Positions 33,284-42,460 are shown, numbered from the stretch's first letter. The stretch is DNA of 64,000 nt from Oscillatoria sp. PCC 10802 (GCF_000332335.1 NZ_KB235948.1:4286977-4350976); one strand, 5' to 3'. Notes: generated from the letters alone by a model not told the origin. Translations and numbers: made by a program.

Positions 33284-33377
33284 GTTTATTTATTCTTGAC
33301 TGAAAGCGCCCGCTGTGCTACAGGGTGCAGTTTTTGGCGTGAAAATTGAATGTTTAGAAAAGGGTTTTCTCCTCGTT

Positions 33378-34223
33378 CTAGGAATGCAGCAGGCACTCTG
33401 CTGAGTGAGCGACTGTCAAATCCAAGATCGGCCTGCCGGTCAGGCAGTGCCAGTGACAGCTAAATAAATCAGGATCTTGCACGCCGATGCTGGCCACCGC
33501 CGGCTCGGCTGGATAGGGCCACAAACGGTCAAAGCAAATCAGCTCCCCAAGAAATCCAAATTGCACTAAATAGGTCGCCGGCGGGGCGTCGAGGGAGCGC
33601 AGCAATCGGTACGCCAATTCGTACAGCTGCTGCCTCCAACTGTCCGAGACGTGCGCCGGCTGCCTGTAAATTTTACCATTTCCGGATATAGCGTTTGTTT
33701 TATCGCCTCGCTCTGTCTCGCTTGAGGCGGATTTTTTGGCTGAGTAATAATCCGGATTGCATATCACTTCCCCGTAGAGGGGCCCCTTTGCGGTGAGGAC
33801 AGCCGGCAGCCAGTGCTCGCCGGCACCCACCGGGTATCCCATTTGCTCGACGTGCCGGCGAAGTCCGGGGACATCGCGGCATGTCTGGTAGGTGCGCTGA
33901 GCGGGAAATGGGACAGTATCCGGTAAATTAAGCGTTAAAGGGCAGAGGAGCGCCTCACCGGCACTGAGGGCGCTGGCAATTCCCGGTTGCGTGAGGGATC
34001 TGGCGGAGAGGGCGCGGACGGGTGCCGGTGGGGCTTTGGGTGAAGCGGAGATAGCCTGCGTGAGAGCAGAAACCATTTGAGCTGTCGCCGGCGATGCCGG
34101 GATGAGTTCGCCAGAGTTCTCCGCTTCAGCATCGATTGCGATCAGGATTTCAGGCATTGCCAAACGAGGGCAAGTTGATAGGAGAGTTAGAAGGGGAGAA
34201 GCTGGGCAGATCCAGCTGGCCAT
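33378..34223 (-). CDS. Hypothetical protein
   Basis: 281 aa. Probable true start at MPEILIAIDAEAEN (about 34157). No recognisable domain by eye. Protein-like composition in the C-terminal half. Confidence 0.4.
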   Translation of the reverse strand: MASWICPASPLLTLLSTCPRLAMPEILIAIDAEAENSGELIPASPATAQMVSALTQAISASPKAPPAPVRALSARSLTQPGIASALSAGEALLCPLTLNLPDTVPFPAQRTYQTCRDVPGLRRHVEQMGYPVGAGEHWLPAVLTAKGPLYGEVICNPDYYSAKKSASSETERGDKTNAISGNGKIYRQPAHVSDSWRQQLYELAYRLLRSLDAPPATYLVQFGFLGELICFDRLWPYPAEPAVASIGVQDPDLFSCHWHCLTGRPILDLTVAHSAECLLHS

Positions 34224-34731
34224 TGCCGCGACGAGTGCGGACGGCGAGCCGGTAGTTGAGACTTTGCAGTTCGGCGTGAAGCTGGCGATTTTCGCGCTGG
34301 AGCATGGCCACTTTCTCTTTCACCGGCTCCATGCGCTCAGCAAACTTCTCGCGATAGACAATCGGCAATTCTTGCACGACTTGTTCCAGCATGCGGCTGC
34401 GGTCAGTCAATTCTTGCACAGACTGGCGCAGCTGGAAAAGCTCGGCATCGCGCTGGCCAACTTGCTCTTGGTAGAAGGCCAGCTGCTGCTCCAGACCTTG
34501 CAGCTGTTCGCGGATGGCCTTCATTTGGGCGCTGTTGCGTTCAGGCGCAGCCGGCTGCTGGGGCGGGACAAAGTTATTATTTTTGCCCTTGACGAGGCGG
34601 AACAGTTCCTGGGACAGCTGCTGGACGAGCTGGTCTTTCATCTGCAGCTCTTCCCGCAGTTGGGCGTTTTCGCTTTCCAGGGATTGCAGGGAGGGGAGTT
34701 CTGTTTGGCTCACGGTGGGTTGCAGCTCCAA
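34150..34731 (-). CDS. Hypothetical coiled-coil protein
   Basis: 193 aa. Heptad-rich QLREELQMKDQLVQQLSQELFRL...LQGLEQQLAFYQEQVGQRDAELFQLRQSVQEL with a Pro/Ser-rich tail. Confidence 0.5.
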   Translation of the reverse strand: MELQPTVSQTELPSLQSLESENAQLREELQMKDQLVQQLSQELFRLVKGKNNNFVPPQQPAAPERNSAQMKAIREQLQGLEQQLAFYQEQVGQRDAELFQLRQSVQELTDRSRMLEQVVQELPIVYREKFAERMEPVKEKVAMLQRENRQLHAELQSLNYRLAVRTRRGNGQLDLPSFSPSNSPINLPSFGNA

Positions 34732-34837
34732 AGATTAATAATGATTATGTCAGGAATGGGAGGCGGCGGGTGCCGGCTCTTCTATTCCTTATATTAGTTT
34801 TTCTGTTAATTTACCACTGGCGGCGGGTTTTGACCAT

Positions 34838-34925
34838 TCCGACGCAGGACAGGCGGGACGCCTGTCCTCCCGCCTGTCCGGTGCACAGGCGGGTGCGCAG
34901 GCGGGTGCGCAGGCGAGACGCCTGT
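34838..34925. repeat. GTAGGACAGGCGGGACGCCTGTCC palindrome plus 3x CAGGCGGGTGCG tandem
   Basis: gacgcaggacaggcgggacgcctgtcctcccgcctgtccggtgcacaggcgggtgcgcaggcgggtgcgcaggcgagacgcctgttgc. The same palindrome core occurs at 16755, 44645 and 52983. Confidence 0.6.
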
Positions 34926-34934
34926 TGCACTCCG

Positions 34935-35651
34935 TTAGGGGCTTCTGAGGCTCTCGACAAAGGCTGCGTGTGCCGGTGTGGCCAATCCCTGCTGCAGCAC
35001 CGCCAGCACCGCCGCCAAATCGCCGGCGAGCAGTGCGGGGACCCGAAGCCACAAACCGGGGAAAATCTCGCTGCGCAAAACACCGGCTTCATCTGGCTGC
35101 AGGGGGATATATTCGCCTTCTGTGAGTTTGTACCAGTCCACTCGACTGTCGTAAACCCGCCACACAAGATATTCTCGCACTCCATTGCGCCGGTAGGCTG
35201 TGAGTTTGTCGCCGACATCATAGGAAGCGCTGGAGGCGGCTACTTCAGCAATGAATTCCGGTGCGCCTTCCACATAGCCATCATCGCTGATGCGCGACTG
35301 TCCGCCGGCACTGGGTTCCAGTCGCAGGAGGGCATCGGGTTGGGGTTCGTTGTCCACATCCAGGCGCACTGTGGCATTGTCGCCCAACCGAACGCCGGGT
35401 GTGCCGGCAGTGTAGACACCCAACCAAGTAATCACCCGCGCGTGCGGTTCAGCGTGAGGCTCAAAACGTAACGGCGACGCCATATGCACCACTCCTTCAA
35501 TCAGTTCAGCTTTCTTAATGTGCGGCATTGCTTGGTAGCGCCGCTCGAATTCATAGCGAGTCAGGCGATCTCCATTCTCTAGGGGCGGCAATTTTTTCGG
35601 CTCTCCCGCCGGCAATTGCTCTGGGTTGCGCACTAATTTTTCGACTGTCAT
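34935..35651 (-). CDS. Uma2-family (DUF820) restriction-endonuclease-like protein
   Basis: 238 aa. RYEFERRYQAMPHIKKAELIEGVVHMASP...PDALLRLEPSAGG...APEFIAEVAASSASYDVGDKLTAYRRNGVREYLV (PD-(D/E)xK-like core). This family is hugely expanded in cyanobacteria. Confidence 0.8.
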   Translation of the reverse strand: MTVEKLVRNPEQLPAGEPKKLPPLENGDRLTRYEFERRYQAMPHIKKAELIEGVVHMASPLRFEPHAEPHARVITWLGVYTAGTPGVRLGDNATVRLDVDNEPQPDALLRLEPSAGGQSRISDDGYVEGAPEFIAEVAASSASYDVGDKLTAYRRNGVREYLVWRVYDSRVDWYKLTEGEYIPLQPDEAGVLRSEIFPGLWLRVPALLAGDLAAVLAVLQQGLATPAHAAFVESLRSP

Positions 35652-35943
35652 AAGATATTCCCTTTGCCTACCTGCTTCCAGTTTACCGGCTGGGGGGGAA
35701 ACCGGCAGATGTCACCTCCTGTAGAGACGCCACCCCGGCATTCGCACCCCAGGGGCTGTGAGCGGGGCCGCCGGCTCTAAATGTGCCGGTTCTGTGTGAC
35801 AGAAATTTTGGCAAAAATTGCACAATTTTCTGGATTTGTGCTATGCTAAGGATAATGGAAAAGGTGCGGCCATATAAGGTCATATTGGGCCACATTGGGC
35901 TAACGCCCAACTACAAACCTTTCCCCTCGCATTCCTAGAATCT

Positions 35944-36085
35944 GTAGGGTGCGTTCCGCCTGAGTGTACCCTTATTTGTGTGCGGAAATTGATCGGGCGG
36001 AACGCACCCCCCGGTTGCGGTGATCGGCTTTGCGAGCCGGCACCATTATGTGTGCGAGAATGGATGAGGCGGAACGCACCCTACT
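35944..36085. repeat. Palindromic dispersed repeat family D (GTAGGGTGCGTTCCGCC ... GGCGGAACGCACCCTAC)
   Basis: Termini are reverse complements. Other copies lie at 48011..48076 and 62203..62267, with a half-site at 61598..61622. Confidence 0.7.
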
Positions 36086-36098
36086 TTCTTTTGCTAGT

Positions 36099-36420
36099 TC
36101 CCCTGGCAATTAGCTAGGTTCCAGGCGATTGGAAATCGCGGCTATACAAACGAAGCCCGCCTTCGCGGGCTAAGAGTATATTGAGACTCTCAAAATCTGC
36201 GCGGTTTTCCTCGTTGCGCAGTTTTCCTTGTTCCTTCGTCCCCTGGCAATTAGCTAGGTTCCAGGCGATTGGAAATCGCGGCTATACAAACGAAGCCCGC
36301 CTTCGCGGGCTAAGAGTATATTGAGACTCTCAAAATCTGCGCGGTTTTCCTCGTTGCGCAGTTTTCCTTGTTCCTTCGTCCCCTGGCAATTAGCTAGGTT
36401 CCTGGTGATTGGAAAGAGAC
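36099..36420. repeat. Tandem direct repeat, 140-bp period x2.3, made of MITE family B units (GATTGGAAATCGCGGCTATACAAACGAAGCCCGCCTTCGCGGGCTAAGAG)
   Basis: CCCTGGCAATTAGCTAGGTTCCAGGCGATTGGAAATCGCGGCTATACAAACGAAGCCCGCC... recurs at 36101, 36241 and 36381. Copies 1 and 2 are identical. Confidence 0.85.
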
Positions 36421-36534
36421 TGTTGGCGAATTGATTGGGGGTTTTACCCCACCCCCAACCCCTCCCCGTTAACGGGGAGGGGAGCTTTCTGGTAACCCTT
36501 GTTTTCCCTTTTCCTTGTCTTTTCTGAAAAAAAA

Positions 36535-36720
36535 ACCGCGCAGATATTGAGAGTCTCGATCCACTCTTAGCCCGCGAAGGCGGGCTTCGTCTGTATAGCC
36601 GCGATTTCAATCGCCAGGAACCTGGCCAACTAGCCAGTGGTCTAACCCCTCACGCATTCGCCAACAGCTTCTTTCCAATCGCCGGAGAACTAGCAAAATC
36701 GCCTGGGAACTAGCTGTAAC
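36535..36720. repeat. MITE family B, inverted copy plus fragments
   Basis: CGCGCAGATATTGAGAGTCTC...CTTAGCCCGCGAAGGCGGGCTTCGTCTGTATAGCCGCGATTTCAATCGCC is the reverse complement of the units at 36120-36230. It lies 40 bp from the 3' end of the Gly-zipper/ATPase gene. Confidence 0.8.
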
Positions 36721-36761
36721 AGCTGAATATACAACGCCATCCTCAATGCGCTCAGATACGC

Positions 36762-39125
36762 TCATGCAAACCACCGGCGAATTAACTCCACCTGGAAGCG
36801 GAAACCGTCACCGGCATGTTCAATGAGTTCGCGGCGCAAAAGCAGGTTGAGGGTGCTGTCGAGGCTGTCGGGTTCCTCGCGGGAGAGAAATTGCCGGCTG
36901 GCTGTTGCGCGTTCCCCCTGTGCGGCGATGCAGCGCAATACGGCTAGCCCACCGGCATCTATTTGGTTGCGTTCGATGTCGGAGAAAAAGAAACTGCCAC
37001 TTTCTAAAGCACGCGGCACTGCAGCTTCTATATCGGCTAAGGTGGCAAACCGGCGCACTGAGGGATCTTGCTCGTTTTTGAGAATGACAATCTCGTTGCA
37101 GAGGAGTTGCACCAAAAAGGGGTGATGGCGGGTTAAATCTAGAATTCGCTGCACCGCATCGGGTTCATAGCGCAGGGTAAAATCTTTGATGGGGCGCTCT
37201 ATCAGCTGACGCGCTTCCGGTTCTCTCAGGTAGCTGATATGCACGACTTGCACGTTGATCAGGTAGCTCGCCCAGCGCTGAAATTCCTCTATCGTGTGGG
37301 AGCCGGCGAGCAGCACTTTGAAGCGGGGGCGGTGCTGGATTAAGTGGCGCAGCATTCCCAAAATTCGCTCTTCATCAAAGCGTCCTTTCCTGATGGCGCT
37401 GTCTAAAGCCTCGAATTCATCCAAGGCAAGCAGGGCGGTATTTTGTTCGAGTGTATTTTCGACTTCATCTAACCATTCGTCGAAGCCGGTGAAGGGATCT
37501 GCTGCTAGGGTTTCGCGGGGGAGGGGCGGCAGATTCAATTCGCTCTGTCGCTTGGCTGAGTTTATCATGCCTCTAGCGAGGTTGTAGAGAAAACCTGCCG
37601 GGTCACTCGCCTGTGATGCCGGTCCTTGCAAGTCCACAAACATGGGGATGATGCTGTTGGGGAGGAGGCGTCCGAGGTTGTTGAGAAGGGAGGTTTTGCC
37701 CATGCGCCGCTGACCGTAGAGTAGCAGAGGGGGGCGACGCCGGTCTAGCAGTAATTGCTCGATGCGCTTGCCAATCTCAGTGCCGCTGATATCAGCGGGT
37801 TTGACAAAGATTTCCTGCTGCTCATTCAGGGGGATGCCAGTGATGTAGGGGTTGTCAATCTCTTGGCGGAGTTCAGCTTCTTTTGCCAGTTCGGACACAC
37901 GCTCGGCAAGAATTTGATGCCAGCGGAGGGCGATGGGCTGAAACCGAACCGCGTATTTGTTGCTGCTGCGGGTTAAGTACCGCAACTGAGCTTCTAAACG
38001 GTCTGCAACAGCGCTGAGCGCTAGACGCTTGTTATAAGCACTTTCCTGATTGAGAGCAGCGTCTGCATCCTCGCTGATGCGACTGAAGATGCGGATCACT
38101 GCGCCGGCTGGGCTTTGCAGTTCGCTAATAACCAGACTGCGGTGAGCATTACGGATGGCTTCCACATCCGCACAGTTTTCTAAACTCCGTGCGTCCAGTT
38201 CAATTTGTGCCGCCTGTGCCGCCCAGCGCTGCCGGCTGGTACTCAGATATTCGATGGCAGCTTTTCCCTCAGCTGGGTTGCGCTCCATCACTAAAAGGAG
38301 ATGCTTGTCCAAGTCATATAGGGGAATGCGCTGCCACTCATCCCAAAAGGCAGAATGCCAGCGCAACAGACTGGGTTGAGTGCCTGTTCGTTTTTTGTCC
38401 AGTTGATACAGGAGGATATTCCATACGGTCAGGAAGGGATAGAGTACCGCTGGTAGCCACAAGTTTACAGTTACTCCCACGCCCGACGCCACGCCGAACG
38501 CCACGCCCCACGCCACGCCCGACGCCACGCCCAACGCCACGCCCAACGCCACGCCCAACGCCACGCCCCACGCCACGCCCCACGCCACGCCCCACGCCAC
38601 GCCCCACGCCACGCCCCACGCCACGCCCAACGCCACGCCCGACGCCACGGCCCACGCCACGGCGAACGCCACGCCCGACGCCACGGCCCACGCCACGGCG
38701 AACGCCACGCCGAACGCCACGCCGAACGCCACGCCCCACGCCACGCCCCACGCCACGGCCCACGCCACGCCGAACGCCACGCCCCACGCCACGCCGAACG
38801 CCACGGCCCACGCCACGACACGAAAAATTTTGTCAGCTGGCTCGCCCAACCCCCACAGCACCAATCCGAGAAGCAAGTTAGCCAGGACAGGGGAGAGCAG
38901 GTATCCTTGGAGCCGCAGCCGCCACAGAGCGAAGTTCCGCCAGCGCCCCTGTCTAATCAATAAAATCAGAGAGGAGTTAGGCTTCAAATCGGGGTCAATC
39001 CTGGTTATGTGATTGCGGAAAGCTGTGGGGCGGAAAAAAACCCAGAACATCAGTTGCAGCGTGCCCAGAATTAGGTTGGGGTGCTGCTCGGGTGCGTTGG
39101 TGTAGGCGTTGCGCGGGACGTTCAT
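36762..39125 (-). CDS. Membrane glycine-zipper tetrapeptide-repeat protein fused to C-terminal P-loop AAA+/STAND-like ATPase (novel architecture)
   Basis: 787 aa. Domain order:
- N-terminal conserved domain [39 protein letters not shown], shared with the paralog at 40861..42357.
- Hydrophobic helix [19 protein letters not shown].
- About 29 uninterrupted [G-V-A-(W/F/L/S)] repeats (aa ~141-259; about 35 units when flanking degenerate ones are counted).
- Conserved middle domain [67 protein letters not shown].
- ATPase with Walker [19 protein letters not shown] and Walker [12 protein letters not shown]. Confidence 0.8.
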   Translation of the reverse strand: MNVPRNAYTNAPEQHPNLILGTLQLMFWVFFRPTAFRNHITRIDPDLKPNSSLILLIRQGRWRNFALWRLRLQGYLLSPVLANLLLGLVLWGLGEPADKIFRVVAWAVAFGVAWGVAFGVAWAVAWGVAWGVAFGVAFGVAFAVAWAVASGVAFAVAWAVASGVALGVAWGVAWGVAWGVAWGVAWGVALGVALGVALGVASGVAWGVAFGVASGVGVTVNLWLPAVLYPFLTVWNILLYQLDKKRTGTQPSLLRWHSAFWDEWQRIPLYDLDKHLLLVMERNPAEGKAAIEYLSTSRQRWAAQAAQIELDARSLENCADVEAIRNAHRSLVISELQSPAGAVIRIFSRISEDADAALNQESAYNKRLALSAVADRLEAQLRYLTRSSNKYAVRFQPIALRWHQILAERVSELAKEAELRQEIDNPYITGIPLNEQQEIFVKPADISGTEIGKRIEQLLLDRRRPPLLLYGQRRMGKTSLLNNLGRLLPNSIIPMFVDLQGPASQASDPAGFLYNLARGMINSAKRQSELNLPPLPRETLAADPFTGFDEWLDEVENTLEQNTALLALDEFEALDSAIRKGRFDEERILGMLRHLIQHRPRFKVLLAGSHTIEEFQRWASYLINVQVVHISYLREPEARQLIERPIKDFTLRYEPDAVQRILDLTRHHPFLVQLLCNEIVILKNEQDPSVRRFATLADIEAAVPRALESGSFFFSDIERNQIDAGGLAVLRCIAAQGERATASRQFLSREEPDSLDSTLNLLLRRELIEHAGDGFRFQVELIRRWFA
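38476..38818. repeat. 12-bp tandem repeat (GCCACGCCCCAC / GCCACGCCGAAC variants), about 29 units, inside the CDS
   Basis: Runs of identical consecutive units, for example cacgccccacgc at 38560-38620. On the minus strand it encodes [12 protein letters not shown]. Confidence 0.95.
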
Positions 39126-39141
39126 GCTAATTCTTTACCTG

Positions 39142-40233
39142 TCACTCCAACAAATGTTTGAAGCCCTGTATCTGCCGTAAACCTTCTTTGCGCCAGCCGT
39201 CTCCAGTTTCCCCATTTTCCAGACTAACCAATCGTTCTCGACAGAGGATTTGCAGCAGAAGTGGCCATCGTCCGCTCTGGGTGAGAATCCACTCTACATC
39301 CTCATCTGGGAAGGTCATCGGCGAACCGGCAATCAACTCACGCGCCTCTGCCTCTGTCAGCGGCCCCAAAGTCGCGCTATATCCGAAAATGTTGAAAAAC
39401 GGAGAACTGTGCTTGGTGTTGTGAGCCAGTTCAACCGGCGATTCCGGCGCTGCCAGCACAAACGCCAGATTTCCACCGGCATAATTGGTTGCCCAAGATC
39501 GCAAACACTCCCAGAACCCATCATCTAATTCTGGACAGCGTTGCAGTGCGACGCCTATCTCATCCAGCAGGATAACTGTGGGCGAGTGCAGCTTGTCGCC
39601 AACCGCATCCATGAAGCGATCCAAATCGCAGGGGTTGGGCACCGGCACACCCAGCTCCTTTAATATGTAGCTTAGCAACCCCTCCCGGCTGTGCCGGCGG
39701 GTATCTTGGAAGTCTGCGAAAATCCAGCGATAGCGTTGTGGATGCGGCAGCCAGTCGGACTTTTGGCCAGGGCGCAACTGTGCCGGTGGGGTGGTGGTGA
39801 TGTTTTTCAGGTAGTGCAGCAGGGAAGTCTTGCCGGTGCGCTTCTTGCCGATAATGGCGGCGTTTTGCAGGGGGTGGCGTTTCAGCAAGCCGAAAATGCG
39901 TTGAAGTTCGTAGTTGCGCCCAAAGAACTGGCGAGGGTAGGTGATGGGGTTGCCGGTGATGAAGGGCGAGAGTTCCTCAATGGGTGCCGGTGGGGGTTGT
40001 GGATCTTCCTCTTCTTTACAGGCTATTTCTTGCCAGTCAAACCCCAGTTTCTCGCTGAGTTCTACAAAATTCAGATAATCAACGGGTTGGCCACCGAGGA
40101 AGTTCTTGACGGTGGACAGAGATAGTCCTACCGCGTCAGCCAAAGCTGCCTGGCTGGCATGGCCCTTAAGCTTGAGGGCCGATTTTACTTCATTGATGTA
40201 CTCTGGGGCAACCTTGTTCGACCGCGACATCAC
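39142..40233 (-). CDS. HTH (XRE-type) DNA-binding domain fused to AAA+ ATPase domain
   Basis: 363 aa. N-terminal helix-turn-helix SQAALADAVGLSLSTVKNFLGG. Walker A NAAIIGKKRTGKTSLLHYL. Walker B PTVILLDEIGVAL. It ends 16 nt upstream of the Gly-zipper/ATPase gene on the same strand, so a two-gene operon is likely. Confidence 0.8.
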   Translation of the reverse strand: MMSRSNKVAPEYINEVKSALKLKGHASQAALADAVGLSLSTVKNFLGGQPVDYLNFVELSEKLGFDWQEIACKEEEDPQPPPAPIEELSPFITGNPITYPRQFFGRNYELQRIFGLLKRHPLQNAAIIGKKRTGKTSLLHYLKNITTTPPAQLRPGQKSDWLPHPQRYRWIFADFQDTRRHSREGLLSYILKELGVPVPNPCDLDRFMDAVGDKLHSPTVILLDEIGVALQRCPELDDGFWECLRSWATNYAGGNLAFVLAAPESPVELAHNTKHSSPFFNIFGYSATLGPLTEAEARELIAGSPMTFPDEDVEWILTQSGRWPLLLQILCRERLVSLENGETGDGWRKEGLRQIQGFKHLLE

Positions 40234-40386
40234 TGTTCCCAGGAAGGACTATCCGATTATAGAGCTTTTTTCCAGCCCAACCACAAGTCATCCCTAAGTC
40301 ATCTCAAAGTCACCTGTTTCCCACCCCGCATCTGAACCAGCGCTAGGTTTAGATGGAATTGTAGAGCTCAAACCGACTAAAACGCC

Positions 40387-40710
40387 ATGTTGAATGAAAC
40401 CCCAAACACCAACCAGACGTTACCCTCTACTTCGGAACCTGATGACGCTGTTCTGGACATGGAGCGAGAGTTCATGGAAGAACGTTTGCGTCAAGCTCGT
40501 CTCAGCTTCAACCTGACTCTCATACTGACAGCCGTGAGTGCTGTCATCAGTGTTGTGGGTGTCGGACTTTTGTTTGCGGGGAAAGTCCCGGAGGGAAGCG
40601 TCACGACAGCTGGGGGGTTGAGTTGCAACATTGTCAGCTTATTAAGGCTGACTAAGGAAACCAATGACCGGCTGGACAAAATGGCTCAGGAGTTCAAGGA
40701 CGAAGATTGA
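40387..40710 (+). CDS. Small membrane-anchored protein, hypothetical
   Basis: 107 aa. Acidic N-terminus, predicted amphipathic helix, one transmembrane segment LTLILTAVSAVISVVGVGLLFAG, short basic/acidic tail. Divergent from the HTH-ATPase gene and convergent with the paralog. Confidence 0.45.
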   Translation: MLNETPNTNQTLPSTSEPDDAVLDMEREFMEERLRQARLSFNLTLILTAVSAVISVVGVGLLFAGKVPEGSVTTAGGLSCNIVSLLRLTKETNDRLDKMAQEFKDED

Positions 40711-40760
40711 CAAAGTAGGGTGGGTTACGCGTCATCTATTATAGCACATAATGGGTTGGG

Positions 40761-40779
40761 TGAGAAACCGGGTTTCTTG
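40761..40779. terminator. GAGAAACCGGGTTTCTTGG half-palindrome between convergent genes
   Basis: Lies between the stop of 40387..40710 (+) and the stop of 40861..42357 (-). A member of the GAAACCCGGTTTC family. Confidence 0.35.
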
Positions 40780-40860
40780 GGGGCTGGGGGGTGGGTTCCG
40801 CCAAGCGAGATTTTCGCACACAAATCAGGGGTGCTGTCAGGCGGAACCCACCCTACTTAA

Positions 40861-42357
40861 CTACAGGGGGCGCTGTGTGTCCGGTAGCATGTGGGGGCTA
40901 CCGGCTTGTTGGTCAATTTTTGCCGCCAATTCGCGCACACAACCGGCTACAATCTCATACCAGCGAAGAGCAATCGGGTAAAAACGAAGGGCGTCTTTAT
41001 CGCCGCAGGCGGTTAACTCCCGCAAGAAGTTATCCAGATTCTGCGCGACAGCGCTGAGGGCTAGCAGCCGATTAAAGGCACTCTCCTGACTCACACCGGC
41101 ATCTACTTCTTGGCTAATCTGGCTAAAGCTGATCAGCCAAACACCGGCAGGGCTTTCTGAATCACCGGCACCCAAGTTTTGGTGTGCGTTACTGATATCT
41201 CGCACGCCCCCACAATTTTCTAAACTCCTGGCGTCTATTTCAATCTGCGCTGCCTGCGCCGCCCAGCGCTGCCGGCTGGATTTCAGGTAGTTAATTGCGG
41301 CTTTTGCTTCATCGGGATTGCGGTCCAGTATCAAAATCAGGTGTTTGTCTAATTTGGGGAAAGGCAAAAACTGCCACTCATGCCAGAATGCGGAGTGCCG
41401 GTGCAGCAAACTGAATTGACTCCCGGCAAATCGTTTATCCAGTTGATAGAGGAAGATATTCCATACTGTTAATAAAGGATAAAATACTACCGGCAGCCAA
41501 TAGTTGACAGACACTCCCAGCGCGAACGCCACGCCCGAAGATACCCCCGACGACAGGCCAAATGCTAAGCCCAAGGTGACAATCGACGCCAAGCGCCACC
41601 CGACGCGCCACGCGATGTCGGGCGAGACGCCGGGAACTGCGCCCGACACCACGCCCAAGGTGACGCCCAAGGTGAAGCCGGACATCACGCCCAACACCAC
41701 GCCCAAGGCAAGACCGGATGTCAAGCCCGACACCACGCCGGATGACATGTGAAACGCCACGCCCAACCCAACGCCAAACACGACGCCCAACCCGACGCCC
41801 CACCCCACACTCCGCCTGGCGCTGAACCCCGGACTCAAGGTGACGCCCAGGACTGCGCCCGACGCCGCGCCCAACCCGACGCCCCACCCGACGCCCCACG
41901 CGAACCCCAAGGCCAAGTTGAGGGCCACGCCCCACGCCATAGCTAACCCGACGCCCAAGGTGACGGCTAGGGCCACGCCTGAGGCCACGCCCCACTGCAC
42001 GCCCGACGCCACCCACGATGTCAGCCCCCACCACACGCCGGACGCCACGCGCCAGAAAATGATTTCTTTTGATTGGCCGAGTGCGGACAGTATTAAACCC
42101 AGGATTGAAAATGCCAGGAAAGGTAATATTAAATATTCCTGGATTAGCAGTCGCCACAAAGCCCAGTTGCGCCACCGCAAACGGGTGCCCTGTTGCCGAT
42201 TTGGGTCTAAGGCGGGGTCAATGCGGGTGAGGTGGTTGCGCCATGCTGAGGGGCGGAAAAAAAGCCAGAACAGCAGTTGCAAACTGCCCAGAATAATGTT
42301 AGGATGTTGTTCGGGGGCATCTGTGTATGTGCTGGGTGGAATAGTGGGAGAGGTCAT
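40861..42357 (-). CDS. Paralog of Gly-zipper repeat membrane protein, lacking the ATPase domain
   Basis: Start taken at the ATG at 42357 (MTSPTIPPSTYTDAPEQHPNIILGSLQLLFWLFFRP, which aligns with the N-terminus of 36762..39125). Degenerate GVxxGVxx glycine-zipper region of about 190 aa. Middle domain shared almost motif for motif (YWLPVVFYPLLTVWNIFLYQLDKR...[37 protein letters not shown]). Ends before any Walker motifs. The upstream 126 nt of the track ORF lie in a MITE and are rejected. Confidence 0.7.
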   Translation of the reverse strand: MTSPTIPPSTYTDAPEQHPNIILGSLQLLFWLFFRPSAWRNHLTRIDPALDPNRQQGTRLRWRNWALWRLLIQEYLILPFLAFSILGLILSALGQSKEIIFWRVASGVWWGLTSWVASGVQWGVASGVALAVTLGVGLAMAWGVALNLALGFAWGVGWGVGLGAASGAVLGVTLSPGFSARRSVGWGVGLGVVFGVGLGVAFHMSSGVVSGLTSGLALGVVLGVMSGFTLGVTLGVVSGAVPGVSPDIAWRVGWRLASIVTLGLAFGLSSGVSSGVAFALGVSVNYWLPVVFYPLLTVWNIFLYQLDKRFAGSQFSLLHRHSAFWHEWQFLPFPKLDKHLILILDRNPDEAKAAINYLKSSRQRWAAQAAQIEIDARSLENCGGVRDISNAHQNLGAGDSESPAGVWLISFSQISQEVDAGVSQESAFNRLLALSAVAQNLDNFLRELTACGDKDALRFYPIALRWYEIVAGCVRELAAKIDQQAGSPHMLPDTQRPL

Positions 42358-42460
42358 GGATGCTTCTGGTTGATTCACCTTAATAATGAACCGCCAAGAC
42401 GCGCCAGCGGTTTCCCGTAGGGTAAATGCCAAGTACGCCAAGTTTTGCCTGGTTCCGGGC

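Noticed and set aside
34935-35651. Uma2/DUF820 gene as part of a restriction-modification system
   Set aside because: There is no adjacent methyltransferase or specificity subunit. Uma2 genes are typically solitary and massively paralogous in cyanobacteria.
38189-38881. Plus-strand 230-aa ORF ([12 protein letters not shown] repeats) and minus-strand alternative-frame ORFs 38338..38811 and 38471..38821 (GRGVRRGV / AWRGAWR repeats)
   Set aside because: Frame artefacts of the 12-bp tandem repeat. The in-frame GVAW reading is continuous with conserved flanking domains and the paralog. The other frames are not.
41435-42373. Alternative-frame ORFs over the paralog (246 aa minus, 177 aa plus, Gly/Arg/Val- or Pro/Thr-rich)
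   Set aside because: Low-complexity repeat-frame artefacts overlapping a better-supported CDS.
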